Assembly (NCBI RefSeq): GCF_011386835.1
Contig: NC_088801.1
Span: forward strand, 13,578,001 to 13,642,000
Source of the DNA: Chrysemys picta bellii
Lineage: Eukaryota
Direction: 5' to 3'
DNA length: 64,000 bases
Under the pieces are notes generated by a model. It worked only from the letters and a program-made list of their open reading frames with translations. It ran no database searches and was not told where the DNA came from. The first letter of the stretch is position 1; each line of letters starts with the position of its first letter. Positions 24,501 to 36,400 of this stretch are shown piece after piece. Both the position numbers and the translations under genes were made by a program.

Positions 24501-27500
24501 GCTGGTTCCGCTCCTGATGTAGGCAGTAGTAGATTCCAGGCTCTACTTTTAATGCATGAAGGGAACGTGAAGATGGTACAGCATATACATAGAGAAATGT
24601 AACTCTGTAGTAGATGTATCCTCTGTGGGGAGGAGGGAACATTATCTAATGGATATAGCAGTTAACTAGAAGCCAGGACTTTTAGATTCTGTCTCTAGTT
24701 CTATGACTGACTCACTGTATGACCTTAATCAAGTGCATTGACATCTCTGTGTCTTATTGGAAGAGAGATTGAAGCAACAGGGACTATTTCATTTAGCAGG
24801 GAGATGATACAGAGGAGACATGATAAAGGTATACAGAATAATGAATGGTGTACAGAAGGTAAATCGGACACTTCTATTTACCATCTCATAATACAAGAAC
24901 AATGGATATTTGATTAAATTGAAAGGCAGCTAATATAAATCTGATAAAAGGAAATGCTATTTTACACATTGTACAGTTGCCCTGTGGAATTAATTGCCAC
25001 AAGAGCTCAGCGGGGTTCAAAACAGGATTGTACAGTTCTATGGATATGAAATCATTCACAGTTCCAGTAGAGAAGATTACTTAAACAAAAAAACAGAAAC
25101 GAAGGGACATAAACCCGCATGCTTCAGGGCGTATGCTAAATCTCTAACTGAGTGGGTCAGAAAGAAACTTCTTCTATGGACAGGTTATTCCATAACTGGG
25201 GTTCTTACACCTTACCCTGAGGCATCTGGTGTGGGCTGTTGTCATAGTCAGGATCCTGGTTTGGATGGACCACTGATCCATCCAATATGGATGGCCGTGC
25301 CCCCCCAAAGTTTGGTGCCTACCTGAGGCACAATGCCTCCTACATCCTCTGTGATGCAGAACTGTGCCTGAAAGGCACAATTCAGTCCAAAGATTTTTCT
25401 CAGTGTGGACTTTATCTTATGAGAAATTGAGTAACTTTAACTCTCACTGAAGTCAGGATCCTCACAGGATTCTCTCAGCCCGTGGCTGGATCAAGTCCTA
25501 ACCACATACGCAACTTTCATTAACATTTATGGTTATTACTTACATCTGTACCACACAACTCGCCCATTAGAAATCACTGGAACAGGGCACAATGGTGCTC
25601 CTATTGACTTCAATGAGAAGCACTGGGGTCATGGTACTTTTTCTCCTGAGCAATTGCACACTTTAGATCTATGCACACTGTACTACTGATTAGCTCAAAC
25701 TGAAAAAAAAAATGCTTGTTAGATTGAAGACCGTAAATTATACGAGTGACAGCGTGTGCTTTCAATGGTATGGATCTATAACTGTCTGTTTATACTACAG
25801 TATTGTTGTTTATATTACAGATAGAAAAAATACATAATCCTGTTTTATCAGCTGCCTTCCAACGGATTAAAAAATGTGTAGAAGGAAAAACTATTGGAAA
25901 GCAGATATGCCATAGATTGTACCAGCGTGTTCCTGCTCAGTTCTGTAGCTTGGTATGCAGAGCTGGATTTCAGAGAACATACTCCCCTCCACCAGGTAGT
26001 TTACTGCTTTCCTTTTTTACAATGCTGTTGAAACATGCCATTAATAGTGTTTATATAATTCTGTTCCAAACAATAATGTAGCCATTCTACCCATGTGTCA
26101 GTTTGCTAATATTGCATCATACAGAACAGTAAGGACTAGACCAGTGGTTCTCAACCCACAGGCCGCTTGCGGCCCAATTAGTACACAGCTGCGGCCCATG
26201 TGACAGCCTCAGGGCCATACAGGTAGTATGTATATTGTATGGATGTGGAGCACATAACACAAAGAGAGCTGCATATGCAGTCCACAATGGTAAATAGGTT
26301 GAGAACCACTGAACTGGATATTTGAATGTTTAGTGTTTTCACTTGGAGTGTGCACTTGCTGATAGGAATATTTTGCTTCTTTAAGCAAAACAAACAGTAG
26401 TTGATTAGTAAAGTTCAGCTTAGGTCAGAAAAATGGCATCTTCTTATACAAGAGATCTATTTTTTATATGTGTTTAGTCATATCCACTTACCTTCAGAAC
26501 AATAAGATTTTACTTTACACTTTTCACTCCTGTTCGTACAGCAGAGCCCATGCAGCTCTGGGAGAATGAGCTGGCTTCCATTCTGGTTTGTGCATCATCA
26601 ATAGAATTGTTATCACAGATCTAACTGCAGAATCTTTATTACTGATGATGATGTAGGAGTTAGAAAGAACCCAGCTTTACTTTCAGATCCCAGCTTGAGT
26701 GTGGCACTGACAGTTGGGGGGAAAAAAGCCATATCTGATTCTCTGTTCCATTATATTGGTTTTACAGTAGTGTAAATCCACTGAAGTTGATGGCGTTACA
26801 GTGGTAGAAGACTGCTTAACAGAGTCAAGGTCCAGCATCTTTTCACTTGAAAACTGAACAAATTTGATATTAAGCAATTTTACATACATTCAAGGATACA
26901 TCCAGCGTTCTTGGAATATCATTTAAGAAGCTTCTGCAATAAGCTTGGTGCTTTACAAAATGTACTGTAGAAGATGATGTAGTCTCTGGACTAAGGAGTT
27001 TACAGTCTAAATAGACAGATAGTGCCTTTCAGTCAAGTGATGTAGAAGGTGGATTTGTCACAGAGCACAGCAGGACTTTGGTGATGGTGTTTCTTTTACT
27101 TTCTTCCTACTTTCTTCTGCAACAGCTCCTAGTTCATCTAGGCACCCTGGGGGCACTAAACAAATGTTTTGATGGGTTGATGGAGGACACCATACTGGTC
27201 TCCAAAATTCCAGCCTCTCCTTTCCCTGTGTGTGCAAACGATCTGTCCCACTTCCTGGGTGCTTGGTCCTCAATCATTTCAGACCAATGGGTCTTAAGCT
27301 CTGTGGAAGTGAGATACACCCTTCCGTTTATTTCTACCCCTCTTTCCAATCCTTCCCTATATCCTTCTTCAGGGACTACTCTCACGAGGAGCTCCTTCTC
27401 TAGGAGGTGCAATCTCTGCTTTGGTTGGGAGCCATAGAAGAAGTTCCTCAGTATCATAGAGAGGTTTTATTCCCTCTATTTCCTTATCCTGAAAGCAAAG

Positions 27501-30500
27501 GGAGGTCTAGACCAATTTTAAGCCTGCATAAACTCAACAGAAAAAGATAAAAGCTTTCTATGGTCTTGCTTGCTTCCATTATCCCCTCCTTGGCAGCCAG
27601 AGACTGGTATGCTGCCTTTGATTTAAAGGAGGCATACTTCTATATGGCGATCTATCCAGGGCCCCAGGAAGTATTTAAGGTACTTGGTGAGCCATTCTCA
27701 CTTCCAATTCAGCGCTACCATTTGGCCTGTCTGCAGCTTCCAGAGTTTTTACAAAATGCAAGGCAGTGGTAACTTTGTTTCTGAGGATATTGGGTGTGCA
27801 AGTGTATCCCTACCTGGATGATTGACTGGTGAGAGGCCAGTCCAGAGTTCAGGTACTATCCAGCATCTCTCTTATCCGGTCAACTTTCAAAGCTCCGGGA
27901 CTGTCAATCAACATGGAGACGTCTATCCTCTTCCCCATTTCAGAGGTTAGAATTCATAGGGGCACTCCTGGACTCGACTTAAGCCAAAGCTTTCCTTCCA
28001 TGGTCAAGATTGCAGACAACTTAATCAGTTGTTTTAGATGTCAAGGCTCACCCAACTATGACAGCATGGAATTGCATGAGGCTTCTGGGGCAGGCAGCCT
28101 CTTGCACATATGCAGTCCGACATGCCAGATTGTGCCTCATGGAACTACAGACTTGGCTGGCCTCTATATTATCTCTGAGCTGTCACCCTCTAAGGCTTGT
28201 GGGAGGTTACTCTTTCAGATTTTCGCTTCTCTGGACTGGTGGACAAATCCTGTAAACATATGCGTAGATGTTCCTTTATTCTGCCTCAACCTTTGCTGAT
28301 GTTAGGACAGATGTGTCTGCTCTGCGTTGGGGGCTCATCTAGGTTCCCTTCAGATGCAGGGATTATGGTCCACAAGGGACTTGTCTCTACACACAAATGT
28401 CAGGTCAGGGTTTGTTACTCCATATCCAAGGTAAAAAGCCTGCACATAATCTAACAGACAGCACAATGGCAATGTCCTGCCTCAACAGGCAGGGAGGGGC
28501 CCGCTCATTCCAGCTCTGCTACAAGGCAGTTCAACCCTGGGATTTTTGTATTGCCAATTTGACCAACCTCATCTTCCAAGGGTGCAGAATGAGCTTGAAT
28601 GCAACCTAAGCAGATTGTTTGCATCATCCCAGATGGTCTCTATGTCCGAATGTAGCCAGGTGCGTTTTCCAGCTGTAGGGGACTCCCCAGGTAGACCTGT
28701 TTGCAACAAGAACCAACAGGAAGTGCCAGCACTTTTGCTTCCTTCAAGGTCACAGGCAGAGTTCCCTAATGGACAGTTTCCTGGCCAGGCAAACTCCAGT
28801 ATGCGTTCCCACCAATCCCACTTCTTCACAGAGTTCTGCTAAAAATCAGACAGGAACATGCTCCACTCATATTTGTAATCCCAGGTTGGCCTCGGGAGCA
28901 CTGGTTCTCCACACTCCTCTCCCTTTTGATAAAAGCTCTGATACTGCTTCTATTGGACCCAAATGTGATTTCTCGAGACCATGGTCACGTACTCCACCCA
29001 AACTTGCAGGCACTTCATTTAACAGCCTACATGTTTCATGGATAGATCGTTGGGAAGAGTCTTGTTCAAAAGAGGTTCAGGATGTGCTCTTAAATAGTAA
29101 GAAGCCATCTACTAGCTCTGTTTACTTGGGGAAGAGGAAATGATTCTCAATCCGGAGTCTTGCTGACACACACTTCATTCCAGCATATCTTGAGGGTCCC
29201 AGAACCCGGCTCCAAGCCAAGCCCATACGTCTACACTGCAATTTTATAGTTCCGCAGCCTGAGCCCTGCGAGCCAGAGGCAGCCTACGTGTGCCAGCAGT
29301 AGGTGTTTTATTTCAGTGTAGACATATCCCAGGTGGAATGCACATGTGCAATCACTTGAAGAAAAAACAGTTCCTAACCTGTTCCATAACTGTTGTTGTT
29401 AGAGAAGTGTTGCACATGTCAATTCCATGACTCACCCTCCTACCCCTCTGCATCGGAGTTTCTGGCACGAAGAAACCGAGAGGGGTTGGGGTGGCTCTGC
29501 TGTTTATGACTGGTCACAAGGATATGTAGCGGCAGATGGAGCTCAAGCTGCTCTAACAGGTACTACGGAGGGGAAAAGTTTCTGACAACAGTGCACAGGT
29601 TATGCACACTCCAAGAATGGAATGGACAAGTGCATCACAACTAGAACAACAGTTATGGAACAGTTTAGTAACCCTTTTTTCCCCCTGAAGTCAGTGGGAA
29701 TTGTATGCAGGTATCTGAGGGCAGAATATGGACATCAGCATTTAGAACAGAGAAAAGTATCAGCAGACATTTTTCTTCAATTTTTTTTACCAGCATAGAA
29801 GGAACATTGTGAAAGGTAATAGCAAATGCAATCCAGAATCAAGAGGCATCTCTAATCTTTAGGGCTGGAGCCATGAGAAAAAATGTCACCCTATTAAGAG
29901 AGAGACAAAGGTGGTAGTAGTATCTTTTATTGGACCAACTTCTGTTGGCGAAAGAGACAAGCTTTGAACCCACAGAGCTCTTCTTAAGGTCTGGGTGGTG
30001 AAAGAGACAAGCTGAAGAAGAGCTATGTGTGGCTCGAAAGCTTGTCTCTTTCACAAACAGAAGTTGGTCCAATGAAAGAGATTGCCTCACCCACCTTGTC
30101 CCAAACATCTTGGAGAGCGACATGGCTACAACACTGCAAACCCTAATAAAACTCATTCTTTGGAGTCTACCATTTTCATTTTTTGTTTTTTTTATTTCCA
30201 GAACAAAAATATGGAGCTGGCATCTACTTTATCAGGAACCCCAGAAACCTAATGGAGGATACCAAGGAAAAGTGTGAAATGGACCATCTAATTTGTGTAT
30301 TTGAGGCTGAGGTAGTAACAGGCTTATACACTGAGGGCAAACAGTCTTATATTGTGCCACCAGCAGTTGATGCAGATGGCATGACTGTATATGACAGTGT
30401 AGTAGATGATGTTCACAAGCCTGAAACCTTTGTCATTTTTAACAGTAATCAGGCCGTTCCACACTATATATTGACATGTTCCCAGATTTGGGCTGAGGGG

Positions 30501-30515
30501 TCAGTGCCTTACTAG
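14707..30515 (+). CDS. PARP9: PARP9 (BAL1/ARTD9); join(14707..15540, 17618..17848, 17935..18153, 20249..20324, 22264..22638, 24021..24166, 25821..25995, 30202..30515) = 2370 nt, 789 aa
   Basis: Two macrodomains ([23 protein letters not shown]; IVNSV..FPVIGSG), KH-like region (IENNHI), inactive-type ART domain (LYQRVP, YGAGIYF, PETFVIF); all junctions GT-AG and in frame; ATG in strong context AGCATGG. Confidence 0.95.
15985..16216. mobile_element. Decayed Harbinger-type MITE
   Basis: ATGTCTACACT ... AGTGTAGACCAGCCC ends, internal palindromes. Confidence 0.65.
16873..17461. mobile_element. Decayed Harbinger-type non-autonomous element with internal repeats
   Basis: GGCTACATCTACAGT ... AGTGTAGATGTCCC ends, TWA flanks. 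Confidence 0.65.
17618..17848 (+). CDS. PARP9: PARP9 exon, macrodomain 2 N-part (231 nt)
   Basis: CTTCCAG|ACT ... AAG|GTGATG; TAIIVNSV...DSRK. Confidence 0.9.
17935..18153 (+). CDS. PARP9: PARP9 exon, macrodomain 2 C-part (219 nt), after an 86-nt intron
   Basis: TTCTGCAG|GTA ... AAG|GTAAGG; VLKTAM...FVYK. Confidence 0.9.
20249..20324 (+). CDS. PARP9: PARP9 76-nt linker exon
   Basis: TTTGTCAAG|GCT ... TTGG|GTGAGT; [14 protein letters not shown]..., supplies the phase 0 to phase 1 link needed; not in the ORF track. Confidence 0.8.
22264..22638 (+). CDS. PARP9: PARP9 exon, KH-like region (375 nt)
   Basis: TTTCTTTCAG|GG ... GAGG|GTCAGT; [17 protein letters not shown]. Confidence 0.88.
24021..24166 (+). 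CDS. PARP9: PARP9 exon (146 nt)
   Basis: GTATCCAG|GC ... AAG|GTAAAG; ...[10 protein letters not shown]. Confidence 0.88.
24757..25280 (+). mobile_element. Old CR1-type LINE 3' fragment
   Basis: Decayed [12 protein letters not shown]..., CTGTGGAATTAATTGCCAC (LWN.LP) and CR1-like 3' UTR; edges approximate. Confidence 0.65.
25821..25995 (+). CDS. PARP9: PARP9 exon, ART domain N-part (175 nt)
   Basis: ATTACAG|ATA ... CCAG|GTAGTT; [21 protein letters not shown]. Confidence 0.9.
26142..26311. mobile_element. hAT-family MITE
   Basis: TIRs CAGTGGTTCTCAACC / GGTTGAGAACCACTG; TSD diverged. Confidence 0.8.
27040..29680 (+). mobile_element. DIRS1-like tyrosine-recombinase retrotransposon relic (RT-RNase H-MT region, YR mostly deleted, 3' ICR/ITR kept)
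   Basis: [37 protein letters not shown] (27811-27822), [13 protein letters not shown]; self-complementary ICR at about 29335-29425 and its reverse-complement terminus at about 29610-29675; many stops and frameshifts; 5' edge approximate. Confidence 0.82.
29222..29330. mobile_element. Short Harbinger-type MITE nested in the DIRS relic
   Basis: ATACGTCTACACTG ... CAGTGTAGACATAT. Confidence 0.65.
29900..30140. mobile_element. Penelope-like palindromic insertion (second family)
   Basis: TTTTATTGGACCAACTTCTGTTGG.GAAAGAGACAAGCTT and its inverse AAGCTTGTCTCTTTCAC..AGAAGTTGGTCCAAT; same family at about 63900. Confidence 0.6.
30202..30515 (+). CDS. PARP9: PARP9 last coding exon (ART domain C-part)
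   Basis: TTTCCAG|AA; [35 protein letters not shown] 30513-30515. Confidence 0.92.
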
Positions 30516-31251
30516 GCAACCAGGGGCCCAGTAGATGAGAGTTCATCAGAACCATGGGACTTAAGTGTTCCCCAGAACAAAGAGTACAGACAGCATCCTG
30601 TTAAAACCCAAATAGTAGCATATCTGACACTACTGCAGTAGTGTGGTGATGGTGCCTTACCTAACAATCTTGACACATCCCTGTTGGTATATACAAGAGC
30701 TTAATCAGTATGATAACCTAAGGAAGTTAAAACTATATATAATTTTATATCTGAAAGGTACAAGATACAGAATTCAGTTCACCATTCCTGGGGTGGTGAA
30801 AATATATAGCTTCAAAAATATGCAGAAGTTTTATTTTTCTATAAACAGCCACAGTATGTACACTATGCATTTTATTTTACTAAAGCACCAGAGACGAGTA
30901 AATATATATTTAGTCACAGAAATTTCTGTTTTATAAAAGCCTGAAACAATATTTTATAAACTTAAAAATCACACATTAGCAAAAACCATCTAGTCCAAAG
31001 TAATCCATTGCGATTAAAACATGTATTTAGGCTGTTCATTTTATTTTTAATTCTGCTTTCACATATTTAGCTAACCATCTACCATGCGTTTCAACACCAG
31101 CTGTGTCATCTTTTGAAGTGTTATTTTATAAATAAGTTTACATGCTTATAAAACGTGAATTTATTTGTGGTGTCAGTAGCGATAATCGTGTTGCTATCAT
31201 TTTTATTAGCTGTATGAGATGCCAACCACTGTAGGTAACATGTTTAAGATA

Positions 31252-31280
31252 AATAAAAAAATTGCATGACCAAAAATAAA
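31252..31280 (+). terminator. Candidate PARP9 polyadenylation signals
   Basis: AATAAA at 31252-31257 and 31275-31280, followed by GT/T-rich sequence. Confidence 0.5.
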
Positions 31281-33008
31281 TCAACCTGTTGATGTATTCT
31301 GATTTTTCTCCTCCTCTTAACAGGACATTAAGGCTCCTGACTTTGACAATAGTCAGACTTCAGTTAGCTATCATGATGTATTCAACATGGCCTTTTATGA
31401 AAGATTTTATGAAAATAAAGCACGAGTGCTAGTCGCAGGTTCAGAAATCATCAGAGGGCCACATACAGGTTTCAGGGGGATTATGATCTTACTTTATGGC
31501 TAGCTGGGAGGGGCCTGTGGCCTGAAACTTTTTCATTGTAATTTGCAGTCATGATATGGAAAAGGCTGTGAACTGTATTATTAAAAAAAAAAATCAGCTT
31601 GCCATATCCTCAGATACTTCCAAAACTGTTTCTTAGTAAAGGCTCAAACCCCTCCAGGTCATTTTAATGGAGCTAGAAGTACAAGCCCTGGGTGTAAGAC
31701 CAGTTGCCGGAATGGGACTTGAACTGAGGGCCCAAAGGAAAAGACTGCTAGGTAAGTCAAATCTCAAGCTCTGGTTTGCATTCATGTTTTTCTTTAAAAC
31801 AAAGACTCTGTAGTCTGCAACATTTATAACATCCTCAGATTCTGCTATTAGTTACACCTGGGCAACCCCTTAATGTCCATGCACTGATAAAAGTAAGAGT
31901 AGAACTTGGTCCAATCTCTATTGCCTGACCAGTTATAACCACCAAGAACTACATTTATCTTTACTAGGAAGTTTTAATTAAAAACTGGTTTATATACCTG
32001 CTGATCAAAAAAATCAACTTTTTAAAACAGCTTGTGATGCTGTCATAGTTCAGCAACAGTCAAAGGGATTATCGTCCAATATAAAGTCTGCTTCTGGACT
32101 GAAAAGAAACAAGTACCTACAGACAAAGGATTTTAATTTTTGTTACAGTTTAATACAACAAAACAGGATGTGGAACAAAAGGCATCCCAATAACTATAGT
32201 AATGCATTAGACACACTAGTCTGAAACCTAAAGCACAAGATGTCAATGCTTTATAAAGCTATTGTGTCTCACAAAAGGACTTCAGTACATACTATGTGAG
32301 TTAGCACATCTTTAATGTACTCTAGGCGCACTTTCAAATAATTTGTCTTTATATTTTGTTAAAATTAACAGTTTAATACCATCCTATAAGCTTGAAAACA
32401 CAAACATTCCACTCCTAATTTAGTTTTTCCACTTGGCCAACAGATCCCCCATTTAATTTCCATTGATTTTTCATGTATTCCCCTGTTCACACAGCAATGT
32501 AGGTTTAAGTTTCGTTTAGCTAAATGCTGGATTGGTAGGAGCTTTCATATTACTTTCAGTTTTCATCAAAATATTTCATTTAAAAAGTGTCTTGGCACCA
32601 CAGTGAATTTTTAAAAGTGAATAGTTACTTGGAATGCAGAAGCTATTTAATCATTACAACAGTTTTAATGTACAGCTGTTAGACAAACTAGTGAGATTGT
32701 CCATTTCTCTCCCCCCTTCGTCTTAAGAGTTGTATATATTAGTATAGTTGCTGTAAATATGGAATATCTAAATTTTCAATATTTTGTTTTATTAACTTTA
32801 GCAATTACATAGCTATTTATTGCCTTAACTACAACCATAGGAATTTTAAAGTGACATTAGCATGTTACAAGAAACATTTATCAATAAAAAACAGCTCAGA
32901 GCTTGGGTGTACTATTGTAAAACTTGTGCAGAGCAGCTGAATGCAGAACATGAAAAGAAAACCACATCCAGTTGTTAAACTTCTTAAAATTCAATATTGC
33001 ACTGCTTA

Positions 33009-33026
33009 TTTATTTTGCATTTTATT
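33009..33026 (-). terminator. Candidate FAIM polyadenylation signals
   Basis: Minus-strand AATAAA at 33026-33021 and 33014-33009, about 300 nt after the stop, with GT/T-rich sequence downstream. Confidence 0.5.
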
Positions 33027-33312
33027 ATTGTAACAAGTAGGAATTGTTTACAAGGAAATCTAAGTCCACCTTCCCCTCCTTATACTTAGTGTTATATATT
33101 TATATAGTTTACAAAAGAACTGGTAATAACTGAGGCTGTACATAATTGGATATTTTCATCTGGTCCTCAAAAAGATTATAATAATTTCATATACAGTAAC
33201 CGGAAAATAAAAAGCACAAACTAAATGTACCTGGAAGTACATATTAACATCATTAATTACCACAGTAATTGAAAATCCCTGATCTTTATTTCTATAACAG
33301 ATTAACTCCAGG

Positions 33313-33462
33313 CTACTCCAAAACCTCTGGGATTTCTCTGTCATCTACTATAAGAGTATGAATGATTCCTTCCCTTCGCTTTCCACTACTGACAGCCTTA
33401 ATGCAACAGTCATGATCACCAACACTGAAGTGAGTTTCTGTTCCATCTTCTACAAATTCACC
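33313..33462 (-). CDS. FAIM: FAIM last coding exon (150 nt)
   Basis: CCATAG|GGT ... TAG. Confidence 0.93.
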   Translation of the reverse strand, partial: GEFVEDGTETHFSVGDHDCCIKAVSSGKRREGIIHTLIVDDREIPEVLE

Positions 33463-36400
33463 CTATGGTGGGGAGACAAAATATCATGAAAAGGAACAAT
33501 ATGGTTGACTAACAAAATACTGCAGTGTTCTTAAGGCATCTATTATCTGATTTTCAGAGGTGCGGTGCACCTGCAGCTCCAGTAATTAGAAGAGACCTGA
33601 TAGGTATTTGGTGGCTGAAAAATATGTCACAAGGTGGAAAATGTAAAGCTGAAAATTCCCTAATTATGCCTTGTTTGGTCACCGCATTTGATTATGCAGC
33701 AGTTTTGATTTATGTATGTTACAATCAGGCTGTTTCCTAGTCAAAAAAAGACAAAAAAGTTTTGTAAAATACTGGGTTTTGTGACATTTGAAAAATTTCA
33801 GCTAGCACTGTGACTGATAAAGTTAATTAAAACAGGCCAAATTGGGTTCTGTTGTAATTCTACTTGAAGTCAATTGACTTGTACTGGTTTCCACCATAGC
33901 TGAATTTGGCCATAAATTAATTCAAAGGACTTGAATAAGATCTTTAAACACAAGGCTTACGGGGTCTGTACGGTTTAAATGGAACTTAAGTTGTTCAAAG
34001 GGCTTCGTGTTGCCCTGAATTAACAATAACAACTCTGGAGTATGTTTGTACTGCAGATGCTTAAAGAATTCCAGGTGTAACACCTCCTGTTTTGGATTAT
34101 GCCATCTTGGCCAAATTGAGCTTAAGTCTATCTTCTGATACAAAGAGAGACCAGAATGCTGTCCTAACACATAACCACAGTTTGGCAGGCAATCATGCAG
34201 GCACAATACCTGCAGGAGTTAATAGGTTAAGAAACCATGCGCTAGGAATAGTGCAGGGGTTCTCAATCTAGGGGTTGCAAACAGGTTTCAGAGGGACTCA
34301 ACCACTCTCTCCCCCTTCCTTTGTGGCTAGTTAGATGGGAGATCCCAAACCTTTTTTCTGTTATAATAGGGAATGACAGTATGGAAAAGATTGAGAATTC
34401 TTGGAGTAGTAAATCAGAATTTGTGCTCTAAGGGAGGCAGAAGGTTGTACTCTTAGCAGTTTGTGGAAGAAGAATGCTTGGGAACGTGGTGAAAAATAGT
34501 TTCAAAGTATAGCAAAATTAAGACCTCATTTCCCTACCCTTTCTAATTGAATACAATAGGACTACTCATGACAGTAACAGATGCAGGATCAAATGTCTGG
34601 TGAGGAAATAGGTTTTGTAGTCCTCTGCATAGGGAAAGCTGCAGAATATATATTTTTTTCCTTTTTACTCTAATTTTCAGTAAGAGTAAGATTACCAAAA
34701 TGACAGACTGAGGATTTCTTCTTATCCACAGGAATAGGTACAACATGGCAAACTTCCCTACACTGTTCTGTCAAGATGCCTAAACACTAAACTGGAGGGA
34801 CCACTTAAAGGCATGAAAAGTAATCTATTTTTATGCCACTCTGAACATCAGGCCTTAAATGTTTAACATTCAGTTACTAGTGACCTGGGTAGATTTGAAG
34901 AGGCTGGCTCTATAATCCACAGGCAATTCAGTCAGCTCCCTATTCCTCCTCCACAAAATACTTTACTTAAAAGGCCCACGGCTATTTCCCCACAGTATCT
35001 GAATTATTTCTCTGATACATAATGTCAATATTAGTGTTCTAACTGTGGTATGTTTTATTTCAGTTGTTAAATCAGAATAAGTATCTTAAACAAAAGCCTT
35101 TGTAAATGATCACATACCGCTGTTTCCATTTTTTTACCATTGCACCAGACATCCATAGTGTCCTTCTCTGTAAAAATGAGAAAACAGAACAAAAGTTGCA
35201 TGCCTCTTTATGGACCAAAAAGAGATAGACATTCTAAATGTTTGCCATGAAATTTTAGCTATAACTCCATAAATGTGTTCCAGATAAACAGTAATATCCT
35301 GAATTTGTCTTCAAAAGGAGAGGCTCTCTCATAGGGTTGCAACCAGCTTCTATTAGAGAGCCCCATTTTTGCCTCAAAAAATGGTTTAATCAATGTCAGG
35401 ATTTTCTGAAACCCAAAAATTTTGTTTCTGCAAAGTTTGAAAAAAATAAAAACAAATGATTTTTGAGTTACTGAATAGTAAATAAGTTACCATGATTTAA
35501 AATTCTGACTTTTACCTAACTTTTTTTTGTGGGATGTCCCTCTAGCTCAAACACAGCTTGTTAATTACCCTTCAAACTTTTCACATTCTTAAATCTTTTC
35601 GAAAAGTCATGCACCTTCCTTATTAGAAGAAAATAGGCTGGCATTAAACAATTATTAATTTTTGTTTGTTGTAAAGCACTGTTTTGATTACATTACCCAA
35701 CATAACCTGGAGTACGTTCACTCTAAATTTCACATTTCTGAAACTGCCTTTGTCTGGGAGTGGTTAGTATTGTAGGACCAAATCCTGCTTGCCTTTCTCA
35801 TGCCATTTAAGTCAATCAAAAGAGCAGGATTTGGCTTCTACTCTTGGATCCCCCTCTCTTTTCATACTACTTGATCTTAGTACAGCTTTTGGTACTATCA
35901 GTCATTCTATCCTTGAGCCTCTAGAAGAAAACATGTCTCCAGGCCTCTCCTCTCCTAGTCCTGACCCTGCATTATTAATGAATTGAGAGTTTTGCCACTG
36001 ATTTCAATGAGTATAAGGATCAAGTCCCTAATGTGAGCCCTCTACCTGGTACTAAAATTTGGGGGGGAAGGGTTATTTATTTATGTAAATATCAAGCTAA
36101 AATGCAAATATAAATAAACATCTTTGATCCAAAAAATTTCCTGTATTAATTAAAATAAGCTCAAAGACACAATTCAACCATAGGAAGAGGTAATGCTTAT
36201 CAAAAGAGACATTTTAGAATTAGGCTAGCTGTTTAAATGGTCACATTAAACAAGACAAACTTAGGGTAACATGGTTACTACCTTCAGTTAAGAGTTATTC
36301 CCCATTGGGAGTAGGCATCGAGATAAAGACGCATATGCAAAAGTAGGTTCTAAATACTTCTGAAAATTTTCCCCAAGTGACTTGACAGAGGTCACATAGG

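Noticed and set aside
27078-29143. ORFs of 65-156 aa as a separate host gene
   Set aside because: They are fragments of the frameshifted DIRS pol region or its antisense frames.
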